This document shows positions 20,647 to 29,774 of a stretch of DNA of 64,000 bases, one piece after another. The position numbers were made by a program, and so were the translations under genes. The DNA lies in contig CAWHTE010000002.1 in NCBI GenBank assembly GCA_963832165.1, positions 429,484-493,483 of the forward strand, given 5' to 3'. This stretch comes from an uncultured delta proteobacterium (GTDB lineage Bacteria > Myxococcota_A > UBA9160 > SMWR01). Position 1 is the stretch's first letter. Every line of letters starts with the position of its first letter. Below the pieces are notes generated by a model that saw nothing but the letters and a program-made list of their open reading frames with translations, was not told the DNA's origin and did not search any database.

Positions 20647-23600
20647 ATGGATGCGCTGGATCTCTTCCATCCCGCCGTACGCACCTGGTTCGAGCGGCGT
20701 TTTCCCCTGGGTCCCACCGAGCCCCAGGAGCGCGGCTGGCCCGCGATCGCGAGCGGCCGCGACACGCTGATCGCCGCGCCCACGGGCTCCGGAAAGACGC
20801 TCGCGGCGTTCCTGGTCTGCATCGACCGGCTGCTGCGCGAGGCCGAGCGCGGCGATCTGCCCCAGACCACCGACGTCGTCTACGTCTCGCCGCTCAAGGC
20901 GCTCGCAACCGACGTGCGCGAGAACCTGATCGCGCCGCTGGCCGAGATCAGCGCGATCGTGCAGCAGCGCGGCGGGGCGTGGGAGGAGATCCGCGCCGAG
21001 GTGCGCTCGGGCGACACGCCCGCGGCGCAGCGTGCGCGGCTCGTGAAGCGACCGCCCCACATCCTCGTCACCACGCCCGAGTCGCTCTACCTGATGCTCA
21101 CGGCCGAGCGCAGCCGCGAGACGCTGCGCAACGCGCGCACGGTGATCGTCGACGAGATCCACGCCACCGCGCGCGACAAGCGCGGCTCTCATCTCGCGCT
21201 GTCGCTCGAGCGGCTCGAAGCGCTATGCGCGCAGAGGCCCGTGCGGATCGGCCTCTCCGCGACGCAGCGGCCGATCGAGCGGATCGCGCGGCTGCTCGTG
21301 GGTGCCTCGGCGGAGGCGACCCTGCCGGACGGCAGCCCGCGCTGCGAGATCGTCGATGCGGGGCATCGCCGCGCGCTCGACATCGCGATCTGGGTACCCG
21401 GCAGCGAGCTCTCCGCCGTGGCGTCGATGGAGCAGTGGGGCGAAGTGCTCGCGGAGATCGCCGCGCAGGTCACCCAGCACCGCACCACGCTCGTGTTCTC
21501 GAACACGCGCCGGCAGGCCGAGCGCATCGCCCACCTGCTCGGCGAACGGCTCGGCGTGGACCGCGTCGCGGCGCATCACGGCAGCCTCGCGGTCGACCGG
21601 CGCCACCGCATCGAGCAGCGCCTGCGCGACGGCGAGCTCGCCGCGCTCGTCGCCACGGCGTCGCTCGAGCTCGGCATCGACATCGGGCCCGTCGAGCTCG
21701 TGTGCCAGCTCGGATCGCCGCGCGGGCTCTCCACGTTCCTGCAGCGCGTGGGCCGTTCGGGTCACGCGCGCGGCGCCGTGCCCAAGGGCCGCCTGTTCCC
21801 GACCACGCGCGACGAGCTCGTCGAGTGCGCCGCGCTCGTGCGCGGCGTGCGCGCAGGCGAGCTCGACGCGGTGCACCCGCCCGAGGCCCCGCTCGACATC
21901 CTCGCTCAGCAGATCGTGGCCGCGTGCGCGGCGGAGCCGTGGAAGGAAGCCGAGCTGTTCGATCTCGTGCGGCGCGCGGCGCCCTACGAGCACCTCGCGC
22001 GCGGCGACTACGACGCCGTGGTCGAGCTCGTCTCCGAGGGCATCCAGACCGGCCGCGGTCGCCGCGCCGCCTACGTGCACCGCGATCGCGTGAACGGCGT
22101 GCTGCGCGGACGGCGCGGCGCGCGGATCGCGGCACTGACCTCGGGCGGCGCGATCCCGGACACCGCCGACTACCGCGTCGTCGCCGATCCCGACGACACC
22201 GTGGTCGGCACCGTGAACGAGGACTGGGCGGTCGAGAGCATGGCCGGCGACGTGTTCCTGCTCGGCAGCACGTCGTGGCAGATCCGCCGCGTCGAGTCGG
22301 GCGTGGTGCGCGTACGCGACGCGCACGGCGCGCCGCCGACCGTGCCGTTCTGGCTCGGCGAGGCTCCCGCGCGCAGCGCCGAGCTCTCGCGCGAGGTATC
22401 GGAGCTGCGCGCCGAGGTCTCGCGACATCTCGTCGCAGGGGGCGCCGCCGTGGCGCGCGCAACGCTCGCCGCGCGCGCGGGCCTCGACGCCGCGGGCGCC
22501 GCACAGCTCGTGGCCTATCTCGAGGCGTCGCTCACGGCGCTCGGCGCGCTGCCGAGCCAGCGGCGGATCGTGGTGGAGCGCTTCTTCGACGAGAGCGGCG
22601 GCATGCAGCTCGTCCTGCACGCACCCTTCGGCGGCCGGATCAACCGCGCGCTCGGGCTCGTCGCGCGCAAGCGCATCTGTCGCGCGTTCGACTTCGAGCT
22701 CCAGGCCGCGGCCACCGACGACGCGATCGTGCTGTCGCTGGGTCCCCAGCACAGCTTCCCGCTCGAGACCGCGGGGTCGCTCCTGCACTCGCACGAGCTG
22801 CGCGAGACGCTCGCGCAGGCAGTCCTGTTGTCGCCGATGTTCACGGCGCGCTGGCGCTGGAACCTCGGACGCGCGCTCGCGGTGCTGCGCTTCCGCGGCG
22901 GACGCAAGAATCCTCCGCCGATCCAGCGCATGGAAGCCGACGACCTCATGTGCGCGGTCTTCCCGGGTCTCGCGCAGTGCCAGGAGAACCAGGTCGGGCC
23001 GATCGAGCTGCCCGATCACCCGATCGTGCGCCAGACGATGCACGACTGCCTGCACGAGGCGCTCGACGTAGACGGCGCGCTCGAGATCGCGCGCGCGATC
23101 GAGAGCGGTGAGGTGGAGCTGCATCTGCGCGACACGAGCGAGCCGTCGCCGCTCTCGCACGAGATCCTGAACAGCAAGCCCTATACGTTCCTCGACGACG
23201 CCCCGCTCGAGGAGCGCCGCACGCGCGCGGTGAGTCTGCGCCGTGGGCTGCCCGCAGCCGCGCGCGATCTCGCGGTGCTCGACGCTGCCGCCGTCGCGCG
23301 AGTACGCCAGGAGGCAGCGCTCGCGCCGCGCGACGCCGAAGAGCTGCACGACGCGCTGCTCTCGCTCGTGGTGCTGCGCCCCGAGCGGGCCTGGTATTCG
23401 TGGTTCGACGCGCTCGCCGCGGACGGTCGCGTCGCCGAGGTCGGCGGGTTCTGGCTGGCGACCGAGCAGCGCGACACGGTTCACGCGCTCTTCGAGCGCG
23501 ACGACGACGCTGCGATCGCCGAGGCTCTGCGCGGACACCTCGCCGTCACGGGCCCCGCGACGATCGCCGAGCTCGCGCTGCGCGTCGGGCTGTCCGCGCC

Positions 23601-24744
23601 GCAGATCGAACGCGGCGTCGCGGCACTCGAGGCGTCGGGTTATGTCCTGCGCGGCTCGTTCGATCCCGACCGCAGCGAGCCCGAGGTGTGCGCGCGCCAC
23701 CTGCTCGCGCGCATCCACAGCTACACCCAACGCCGGCTGCGCAGCGAGATCGAGCCCGTCTTCGCGCGCGACTTCATGCGCTTCCTCTTGCGCTGGCAGT
23801 CCGTCGCGCCGGGAACGCGGCGCGAGGGCCGTGCGGGCACGCTCGCGGCGATCCGCCAGCTGCAGGGGTTCGAGCTGGCCTCGGGCGCGTGGGAGAGCGC
23901 GGTGTTGCCCGCGCGCGTCGCGGCGTATCGGCCGGGCTGGCTCGACGACCTGTGCTGGTCGGGTGACGTGGTGTGGGGCCGCCTCGGCCTGCGCAGCGGC
24001 AAGCTTCCCTCGCGCGCGACTCCGATCGCGCTCGTGCAGCGCGCCGATCTCTCGTGGCTGCTCGCCGCACTGCGCGGTGGCGACGCCGCCGAGTTGCCCG
24101 AGAGCGAGGCCGCGCGCGCGGTGCTCGCCGCGCTCGAGCGCGGCGGCGCGCTGTTCCAGTCCGAGCTCGCGGTGCGCGCGGGAATCGGCGCCGCGGAGCT
24201 CGTGCCCGCGCTCTGGGAGCTCGTGGCCGGCGGACACATCACGTCCGACGGGATCCAGTCGTTGCGCCAGCTGTTCGACGGCCGCGCCACCGCGCTGCGG
24301 CGCTCTGCGCGCGAGCAGCGCCCGGGTCGCGCGGCGCAGGGGCGCTGGGCGATCCTCGCTGCGCCGCCGCCGGGCGATTCCGACGAGCACGCCGAGCAGG
24401 TGGCAGAGCAGCTGCTCGCGCGCTGGGGCGTCGTGTTCTACGACGTGCTCGCGCGCGAGAATCTCGCGCTGTCGTGGCGCGAGATTCTCGTCGCGCTGCG
24501 CCGGCTCGAAGCGCGCGGGCGCGCGCGCGGCGGCCGCTTCGTCACGGGCTTCTCGGGTGAGCAGTACGCGTGGCCGGGTGCGGTCGATGCGCTGCGCGCG
24601 GTGCGCAAGCTACCGCTCACGGGCGAGCGCGTGGTGCTGTCGGCGGCCGATCCGCTCAACCTGGTCGGGATCCTCACGCCGGGCGCGCGCATCCCTGCAG
24701 GTGGATCCGCGAACGTCATCTGGTGCGACGGCGAGGTGCTGTGA
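20647..24744 (+). CDS. lhr: Lhr-family ATP-dependent SF2 helicase, long form
   Basis: APTGSGKT, TTPESLY, DEIH, SAT, ATASLELGIDIG, QRVGRSGH; C-terminal GRFVTGFSGEQYA. Confidence 0.95.
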   Translation: MDALDLFHPAVRTWFERRFPLGPTEPQERGWPAIASGRDTLIAAPTGSGKTLAAFLVCIDRLLREAERGDLPQTTDVVYVSPLKALATDVRENLIAPLAEISAIVQQRGGAWEEIRAEVRSGDTPAAQRARLVKRPPHILVTTPESLYLMLTAERSRETLRNARTVIVDEIHATARDKRGSHLALSLERLEALCAQRPVRIGLSATQRPIERIARLLVGASAEATLPDGSPRCEIVDAGHRRALDIAIWVPGSELSAVASMEQWGEVLAEIAAQVTQHRTTLVFSNTRRQAERIAHLLGERLGVDRVAAHHGSLAVDRRHRIEQRLRDGELAALVATASLELGIDIGPVELVCQLGSPRGLSTFLQRVGRSGHARGAVPKGRLFPTTRDELVECAALVRGVRAGELDAVHPPEAPLDILAQQIVAACAAEPWKEAELFDLVRRAAPYEHLARGDYDAVVELVSEGIQTGRGRRAAYVHRDRVNGVLRGRRGARIAALTSGGAIPDTADYRVVADPDDTVVGTVNEDWAVESMAGDVFLLGSTSWQIRRVESGVVRVRDAHGAPPTVPFWLGEAPARSAELSREVSELRAEVSRHLVAGGAAVARATLAARAGLDAAGAAQLVAYLEASLTALGALPSQRRIVVERFFDESGGMQLVLHAPFGGRINRALGLVARKRICRAFDFELQAAATDDAIVLSLGPQHSFPLETAGSLLHSHELRETLAQAVLLSPMFTARWRWNLGRALAVLRFRGGRKNPPPIQRMEADDLMCAVFPGLAQCQENQVGPIELPDHPIVRQTMHDCLHEALDVDGALEIARAIESGEVELHLRDTSEPSPLSHEILNSKPYTFLDDAPLEERRTRAVSLRRGLPAAARDLAVLDAAAVARVRQEAALAPRDAEELHDALLSLVVLRPERAWYSWFDALAADGRVAEVGGFWLATEQRDTVHALFERDDDAAIAEALRGHLAVTGPATIAELALRVGLSAPQIERGVAALEASGYVLRGSFDPDRSEPEVCARHLLARIHSYTQRRLRSEIEPVFARDFMRFLLRWQSVAPGTRREGRAGTLAAIRQLQGFELASGAWESAVLPARVAAYRPGWLDDLCWSGDVVWGRLGLRSGKLPSRATPIALVQRADLSWLLAALRGGDAAELPESEAARAVLAALERGGALFQSELAVRAGIGAAELVPALWELVAGGHITSDGIQSLRQLFDGRATALRRSAREQRPGRAAQGRWAILAAPPPGDSDEHAEQVAEQLLARWGVVFYDVLARENLALSWREILVALRRLEARGRARGGRFVTGFSGEQYAWPGAVDALRAVRKLPLTGERVVLSAADPLNLVGILTPGARIPAGGSANVIWCDGEVL

Positions 24745-25520
24745 CCGAGGAGTCGGCCCCGCACAGCGCTCGCCTCGCGCGCCACTACGACGCGAAGTAC
24801 GGCGCCGAGCGCGAAGCGCTCCGCACCGAGATCGTGCGCGCGCACCCCGCGCCCGCGAGTCGCCACGAGGCGTGCCTCACCCACTTTCCGCGCCACTTCC
24901 GCGGCGGCGACATCCTCGAGATCGGCGCGGGCGATGGGCTCATCGCGCGCAGCCTCGCCGCCGCGGGGGTTCCGTTCGACCACTACACCGCCACGGAGTA
25001 CTCCGAGGCGCGGCTCGACGGGTTGCGCCGCTCGCTCGCCGACCCGCGCGTGCGCGTCGCGCGCCTCGATCTCGAGGCGCCGCCCGGCGAGCACGCGGGC
25101 CGCTACGACGCGGTGATCCTGCTCGCGCTCGTCGAACACCTCGTCGATCCGCTCGCGGGTCTGCGCCACGTGCGCGAGATGCTGCGCCCGGGCGGGATCG
25201 CGTTCATCGACACGCCCAACATCGCCAAGTACACGCGACGGCTCAAGCTGCTGTTCGGGCGCTTCCCGTCGACCGCCTCGCGCGACGAGGGCCTCGCGAC
25301 CTGGCAGGGTGATCCCGTCGACCTGCACGACGAAGGCCACCTCCACTACTTCACCTACCGCTCGCTCTCGCGGCTGCTCGTCGAGCGCTGCGGGTTCGCG
25401 CGCACGACGCCCGCGCCCTACGTCACGCGCCCGCATCTGCTCGGTCGCCGCGTCGACGCCGCACTCGCGCGCTGGCGGCCGCAGATCTTCGCGGAGCTGT
25501 GCCTGGTGGCGCACGCCTGA
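24741..25520 (+). CDS. Class I SAM-dependent methyltransferase
   Basis: ILEIGAGDG, VEHLVDP, LRPGG, TPN; GTGA overlap with lhr. Confidence 0.9.
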   Translation: MTEESAPHSARLARHYDAKYGAEREALRTEIVRAHPAPASRHEACLTHFPRHFRGGDILEIGAGDGLIARSLAAAGVPFDHYTATEYSEARLDGLRRSLADPRVRVARLDLEAPPGEHAGRYDAVILLALVEHLVDPLAGLRHVREMLRPGGIAFIDTPNIAKYTRRLKLLFGRFPSTASRDEGLATWQGDPVDLHDEGHLHYFTYRSLSRLLVERCGFARTTPAPYVTRPHLLGRRVDAALARWRPQIFAELCLVAHA

Positions 25521-25562
25521 CGCGCGCGGAGGCCCATGCTGTGGCCCGCGCGCACTCGCGCA

Positions 25563-26174
25563 TCACTCCTCGTCGGACGACTCCGGCACCGAGAGCTCTT
25601 TGGGCATCGACGCGGTCTCCGTCGCGGAGGCGGGGGAGTGCGCGAAGCGCACCGTGACGAACCGGTTCTCGGCGCGCTGCGCCTCGCTCGTGGGACCCTT
25701 GTGCACGGCGCCGCGCGTGCCGAGGCCGCCGAACGTGAAGCCGACAGAGAGGTCGGGGATCTCCTCCTTCTCCACGGCTGCCTTGCGCGCGGCCTCCACG
25801 GCGACCTTGATCTCCTTCATCGCCGTGAACGCGCGCTCGACGCTGACGCTGTCCTCGAACGCGGTCCCGCGCGAATCGAAGTCGGCACCGCCGTGCACGG
25901 TCACGAGCCGAACCGGAGCGCACTTGCTGCGGTGGCTGGACACGACCAGGGCGGCGATGTGATCGACGCCCTCCTGGCCGGGCTGGCCCTCGTCGGAATC
26001 GTCTGGCTGGTACTCCGCCTTGAAGATGCTCTTCTGCTCGGGCGGATAGCGCCGAAAGCGGATCGAGGCGAACGGATCGACGTTAGGGCAGTCCTCTTCG
26101 ATCCCGGTGGCTCCGGCCGGTGACACGACGAGATTCGCCAGCAGCAACCCGAGCACCACGCGTGTGGGCCTCAT
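25563..26174 (-). CDS. Secreted protein with divergent OmpA-like C-terminal domain
   Basis: Signal peptide; VHGGAD..SVERA..GLG..AQRAENRFVTV parallels OmpA_C GHTD..S.RRA..G.G..NRRV. Confidence 0.55.
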   Translation of the reverse strand: MRPTRVVLGLLLANLVVSPAGATGIEEDCPNVDPFASIRFRRYPPEQKSIFKAEYQPDDSDEGQPGQEGVDHIAALVVSSHRSKCAPVRLVTVHGGADFDSRGTAFEDSVSVERAFTAMKEIKVAVEAARKAAVEKEEIPDLSVGFTFGGLGTRGAVHKGPTSEAQRAENRFVTVRFAHSPASATETASMPKELSVPESSDEE

Positions 26175-26233
26175 CGCTCTCCTCCTCGACCCGGCGGGAA
26201 GCCGGCGGGAGCAATGTAGGCGCAAAGCCCGCG

Positions 26234-27889
26234 TTACACCGCACCCAGGCGCGCGCGCGCGAGCGGCTGGTTCGGCTCGAGCGCGAGCGCGGCGCGCCAG
26301 CTCTGTGCGGCTTCGTCGTTCCACGCGAGCGCGTCGGCGAGCAGAACGCCGCGGCGCGCGAGCAGTGCCGCGCGCGCGGTGTCGGTGTCGGCGCTCTCGC
26401 ACACGTGCTCGACGAGGTCGAGCTGCGCGAGCGGTCCGCCGTCCAGCGCGCACGCGGAGAGCGCGCGCTCGAGCAGGTCTTCGCGCGAAGGCGCGAGCTC
26501 GAGGCAGCGCCGCCAATGCGGAATTGCGCCGCTCGGGTCGCCGAGCGATTCGGAGACGAGCGACGCGAGCTCGAGCTGCAGCTCGAGCTCGCGATCGCGG
26601 CTCGCACGCGGGAGCTCCTCGCGCAGGAGATTCACGAGCGGCAGCGTTTCTGCGCGGCTGCGGTAGAGATCGGCGAGCGCCGCGCGCGCTCCGAGGTCGT
26701 GCGGGAGATCGGCGAGCAGGCGCTGGTAGCACGCGATCGCGCGCTGCGAGTCGCCCGCGGCGCGCGCTGCGTCGGCCGCGCGCTGGACCCATCCCGTGCG
26801 CTGATCGCGCGGCTCGCACGCGGACGCCGCGCGCTCCGCGAGGTCGATCAGCGGCTCGCTGCGCCCGAGCTGCTCGTAGAGGCCCGCGAGCATCGGCGCG
26901 ACCTCGAGCAGTGCGCTCGGTGTCGAGAGCGCGGGCTCGAGTGCCGCGATCGCTGCGACCGGATCCCGGAGCACGTTCGCGCGCAGCTCGGCGATCCGGA
27001 GCCGCAGGTGCAGTGATTCGGCGTCGATACCCGCACCGCGCGCGTCGCGCGAGGCGAGCTTGCGCTCGAGCACGCCGAGCACACGGCTGGAGCGCTGATC
27101 GGCGGGGGTGTCCGCGACCGGGGCATCCTCGAAGTCGGGCATCGTGAGCGTTGCCTGCGGCTCGTCGGCGGGTGCGGACTCGAGATCGCACTCGAGGTCC
27201 GGGACGCCATCCCATTCGATGTCGACTTCAGACGCGAGCTCGGCTTCGCCGGACTCGCTCGCGGGTGCCGCGTCCTCGGCAACTTCGGGCTTCGGCGCGC
27301 GCGGATCGTCCCAGCCCTCGCGGCGCGCTCGCGCATAGAGCTGCTCGGCCTGCTCCGCGTCTCCGAGGCGTCGGTGCCAGACGTCCGCCATCAGGACGTA
27401 CGCGCGCGCGCGTTCCTCGGCCGACTCGGCGAGCGCCGCCTCCTGCTCGCCGACCTGGAGCACGACCTCCCAGCTGCCGCGCGATTCGTAGATGCGGCGC
27501 AGCTGGCGCAGCGCGCGCAGCATCCGGGGCTCGAGCTGAACGGCCTCGGTGTAGGCGAGGATCGCCGCGTCGGTGTCGTCGAGGCGCTCCTCGCACACCT
27601 GCGCGAGACGCATCGAGATCTCGGCGCGCTGGCGCGCGCGATCGGCGAGCGAGGGCGCGGCGCGGCGGCGGCGGTACAGGTCGGCCAGGCCAGGCCAGTC
27701 CGCCGCCATGAACAGGTGCTCCTCGAGGAACTCGAACGACACGCGGTCGTCCGGGTTCGCCGTGAACCGCGCCAGATGCTGTTCGTGCGGCAAACCGGCC
27801 AAGGAGTCCTCCGCCGGGTCCCGGCGCGCCCAACGCGCGCGGATCCCCCTCGCCGCATCGGATTCCCGAGCGCGCAACTTGACCGGCAC
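26234..27889 (-). CDS. TPR repeat protein (myxobacterial type)
   Basis: Repeated helical units such as LAQVCEERLDDTDAAILAYTEA, with acidic linker; start uncertain. Confidence 0.8.
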   Translation of the reverse strand: MPVKLRARESDAARGIRARWARRDPAEDSLAGLPHEQHLARFTANPDDRVSFEFLEEHLFMAADWPGLADLYRRRRAAPSLADRARQRAEISMRLAQVCEERLDDTDAAILAYTEAVQLEPRMLRALRQLRRIYESRGSWEVVLQVGEQEAALAESAEERARAYVLMADVWHRRLGDAEQAEQLYARARREGWDDPRAPKPEVAEDAAPASESGEAELASEVDIEWDGVPDLECDLESAPADEPQATLTMPDFEDAPVADTPADQRSSRVLGVLERKLASRDARGAGIDAESLHLRLRIAELRANVLRDPVAAIAALEPALSTPSALLEVAPMLAGLYEQLGRSEPLIDLAERAASACEPRDQRTGWVQRAADAARAAGDSQRAIACYQRLLADLPHDLGARAALADLYRSRAETLPLVNLLREELPRASRDRELELQLELASLVSESLGDPSGAIPHWRRCLELAPSREDLLERALSACALDGGPLAQLDLVEHVCESADTDTARAALLARRGVLLADALAWNDEAAQSWRAALALEPNQPLARARLGAV

Positions 27890-28008
27890 GGGGTCCGCGA
27901 AACGGTCGGGCGCGCAGTCCGATTCGCGATGCGGTGCGGCCGGTTGGCCCGCGCTGCTGCTGCTGCAGACGGCTCAGGGTCCGGTCCGGATTCGACGATG
28001 AAGAGGCG

Positions 28009-29772
28009 ATGGACTCCGGCCTGCTGCTCGCGTCGATCTCGACGCTCTCCTGTGTTGCGCTCGGCCTCGCGGTCGGGCTGCGGCGCGAGCACTCGATCCT
28101 CGCGAGCACCGTGCTCGCGCTGCTGATGTCGCTCGGACTCTGGAGCGGGGGGCTCGGGATCGCGAGCTGGAGCGGGCCCGGCCCGATCGCCGTCGCCGCG
28201 CTGCGGCTGGCCGCGCTGGGCGCGTTCAGCGCCACGGGCCTCTGGCTCCTGATCGCGCTGCGCCAGCGCTGGCCGATCCAGCTCGCCGGCCGCGCCGGCA
28301 CCGCAGTCGCGCTCGCGCCGGCCGCACTGTTCATCGCCGCAGCGCTGTCCAACGGGAGTCACGGCCTCGCATTCCGCCGCACTCCGAGCCTCGCGGAGGG
28401 CGATTGGGCCGGGCCGCTCACGCTCCTGCTCTTCACGGTCGCGTTCGTGTGCGCGACGGCCGGGGCCGCGCTGTTCACGCACTCGGCGGTGCGTTTGTGG
28501 CGCGAGGAGGAGCGCCGGCCCGCCCTCGCGCTGCTGCTCACGATGCTGGCGCAGCCGATCGCATTCCTCGCCGACCTGCACGGAGCCGTAGGGCCTACGT
28601 ACCCGCTCGCGGCTGCTGCGCTGACGCTGGGTGCGCTCGTGCTCGCGACCACGCTGCTGCGCTATTCGCTACTCCAGCCTCCGCCGCTCGGCCACCGCCA
28701 GGTGATCGAGCACCTGCGCCACGGCGTGCTGATGGCAACCGCAACCGGCGAAGTCATCGACCACAACGCCGCGGCCGAGCAGCTGCTGGGCGGCCCGCCG
28801 CGCGGGCGCACGATCGCCGATGCGATCGCGGCGCTCGTGCCGAGCGCGCAGCGCGAGCCGATCCGCGTCGCGCTCGAACGCCTCGACCTCACGCTCGAAT
28901 CCCTGTCGCTCCAGATCGAAGCCGATCGCCGCCGACACCTCGAGGTGTTGGTGCGCCCGATCCCGGGCGACAGCGGCACCTCGATCGGGCAGGTCGCGAT
29001 GCTGCGCGACCGGACCGCGGAGCGCAGCTATGCCGACGCGGCGCTGCGCACCCAGAAGCTCGAAGCCGTCGGAACGCTCGCGGCAGGGGTCGCGCACGAG
29101 GTGAACAACCCGCTCGCGTTCGTGCGCGCCAATCTCGGCGAGATCACGCGCCTGTCCGAGGTTGCGGCCGCGTGGCGATCGAAGCACGAGTCTCGTCTCG
29201 CCGACGAGCTCGCCGAGATGGGCGAGCTCGCGAGCGACGCACTCGCGGGACTCGCGCGGATCCAGCGCGCGGTGTCGGACGTGCGCCGTCTCGCGGCGGC
29301 ACCCGATTCGGGCTCGAGCGCCGTGTCGCTCGACGCGGTGGTGCTCGACGCGCTGCGTCTGCTCGAGCTGCGCGCGAGCGGGCGCGTCGAGATCCGCACC
29401 CACTTCGCGACGGACCTGCCGACGATCCGCGGCTCCGCGCAGCTGCTCGTGCAGGCGGTGCTCTCCCTGCTGCTCAACTCCCAGCAGGCGCTCGAGGGCA
29501 CGCCCGAGCCGTGGATCGAGGTCGAGACCGGAACCGCGGGCGACTCGGAAGTGTGTGTGTACGTGCGCGACAACGGGCCTCCGATCCCGACCGCGCTGCG
29601 CGAGCGCATCCACGAGCCCTTCCTGCTCTCGGGGCGCGATCCGTACGGACGTGGCCTGGGCACGAGCCTGGCCGCGGGCATCGCGCGCGACCACGGTGGC
29701 TCGCTCAGCGCCGACCCGTGCGAGGGCGGCGCGGTGTTCGTGCTGCGCCTCGCGGCGCGGCCGGAGCTCTGA
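28009..29772 (+). CDS. Membrane (7TM-type)-PAS histidine kinase; H-box intact, ATPase boxes degenerate
   Basis: AHEVNNPL; N box SLLLNS, G1 DNGPP, F box IHEPFLLS, G2 GRGLGT. Confidence 0.9.
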   Translation: MDSGLLLASISTLSCVALGLAVGLRREHSILASTVLALLMSLGLWSGGLGIASWSGPGPIAVAALRLAALGAFSATGLWLLIALRQRWPIQLAGRAGTAVALAPAALFIAAALSNGSHGLAFRRTPSLAEGDWAGPLTLLLFTVAFVCATAGAALFTHSAVRLWREEERRPALALLLTMLAQPIAFLADLHGAVGPTYPLAAAALTLGALVLATTLLRYSLLQPPPLGHRQVIEHLRHGVLMATATGEVIDHNAAAEQLLGGPPRGRTIADAIAALVPSAQREPIRVALERLDLTLESLSLQIEADRRRHLEVLVRPIPGDSGTSIGQVAMLRDRTAERSYADAALRTQKLEAVGTLAAGVAHEVNNPLAFVRANLGEITRLSEVAAAWRSKHESRLADELAEMGELASDALAGLARIQRAVSDVRRLAAAPDSGSSAVSLDAVVLDALRLLELRASGRVEIRTHFATDLPTIRGSAQLLVQAVLSLLLNSQQALEGTPEPWIEVETGTAGDSEVCVYVRDNGPPIPTALRERIHEPFLLSGRDPYGRGLGTSLAAGIARDHGGSLSADPCEGGAVFVLRLAARPEL

Positions 29773-29774
29773 CC

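Noticed and set aside
21223..24390. Very long antisense or alternate-frame ORFs (also 7299-9575, 29028-31481, 504-3044)
   Set aside because: Shadows of real genes caused by high GC; no motifs, Arg/Ala-biased
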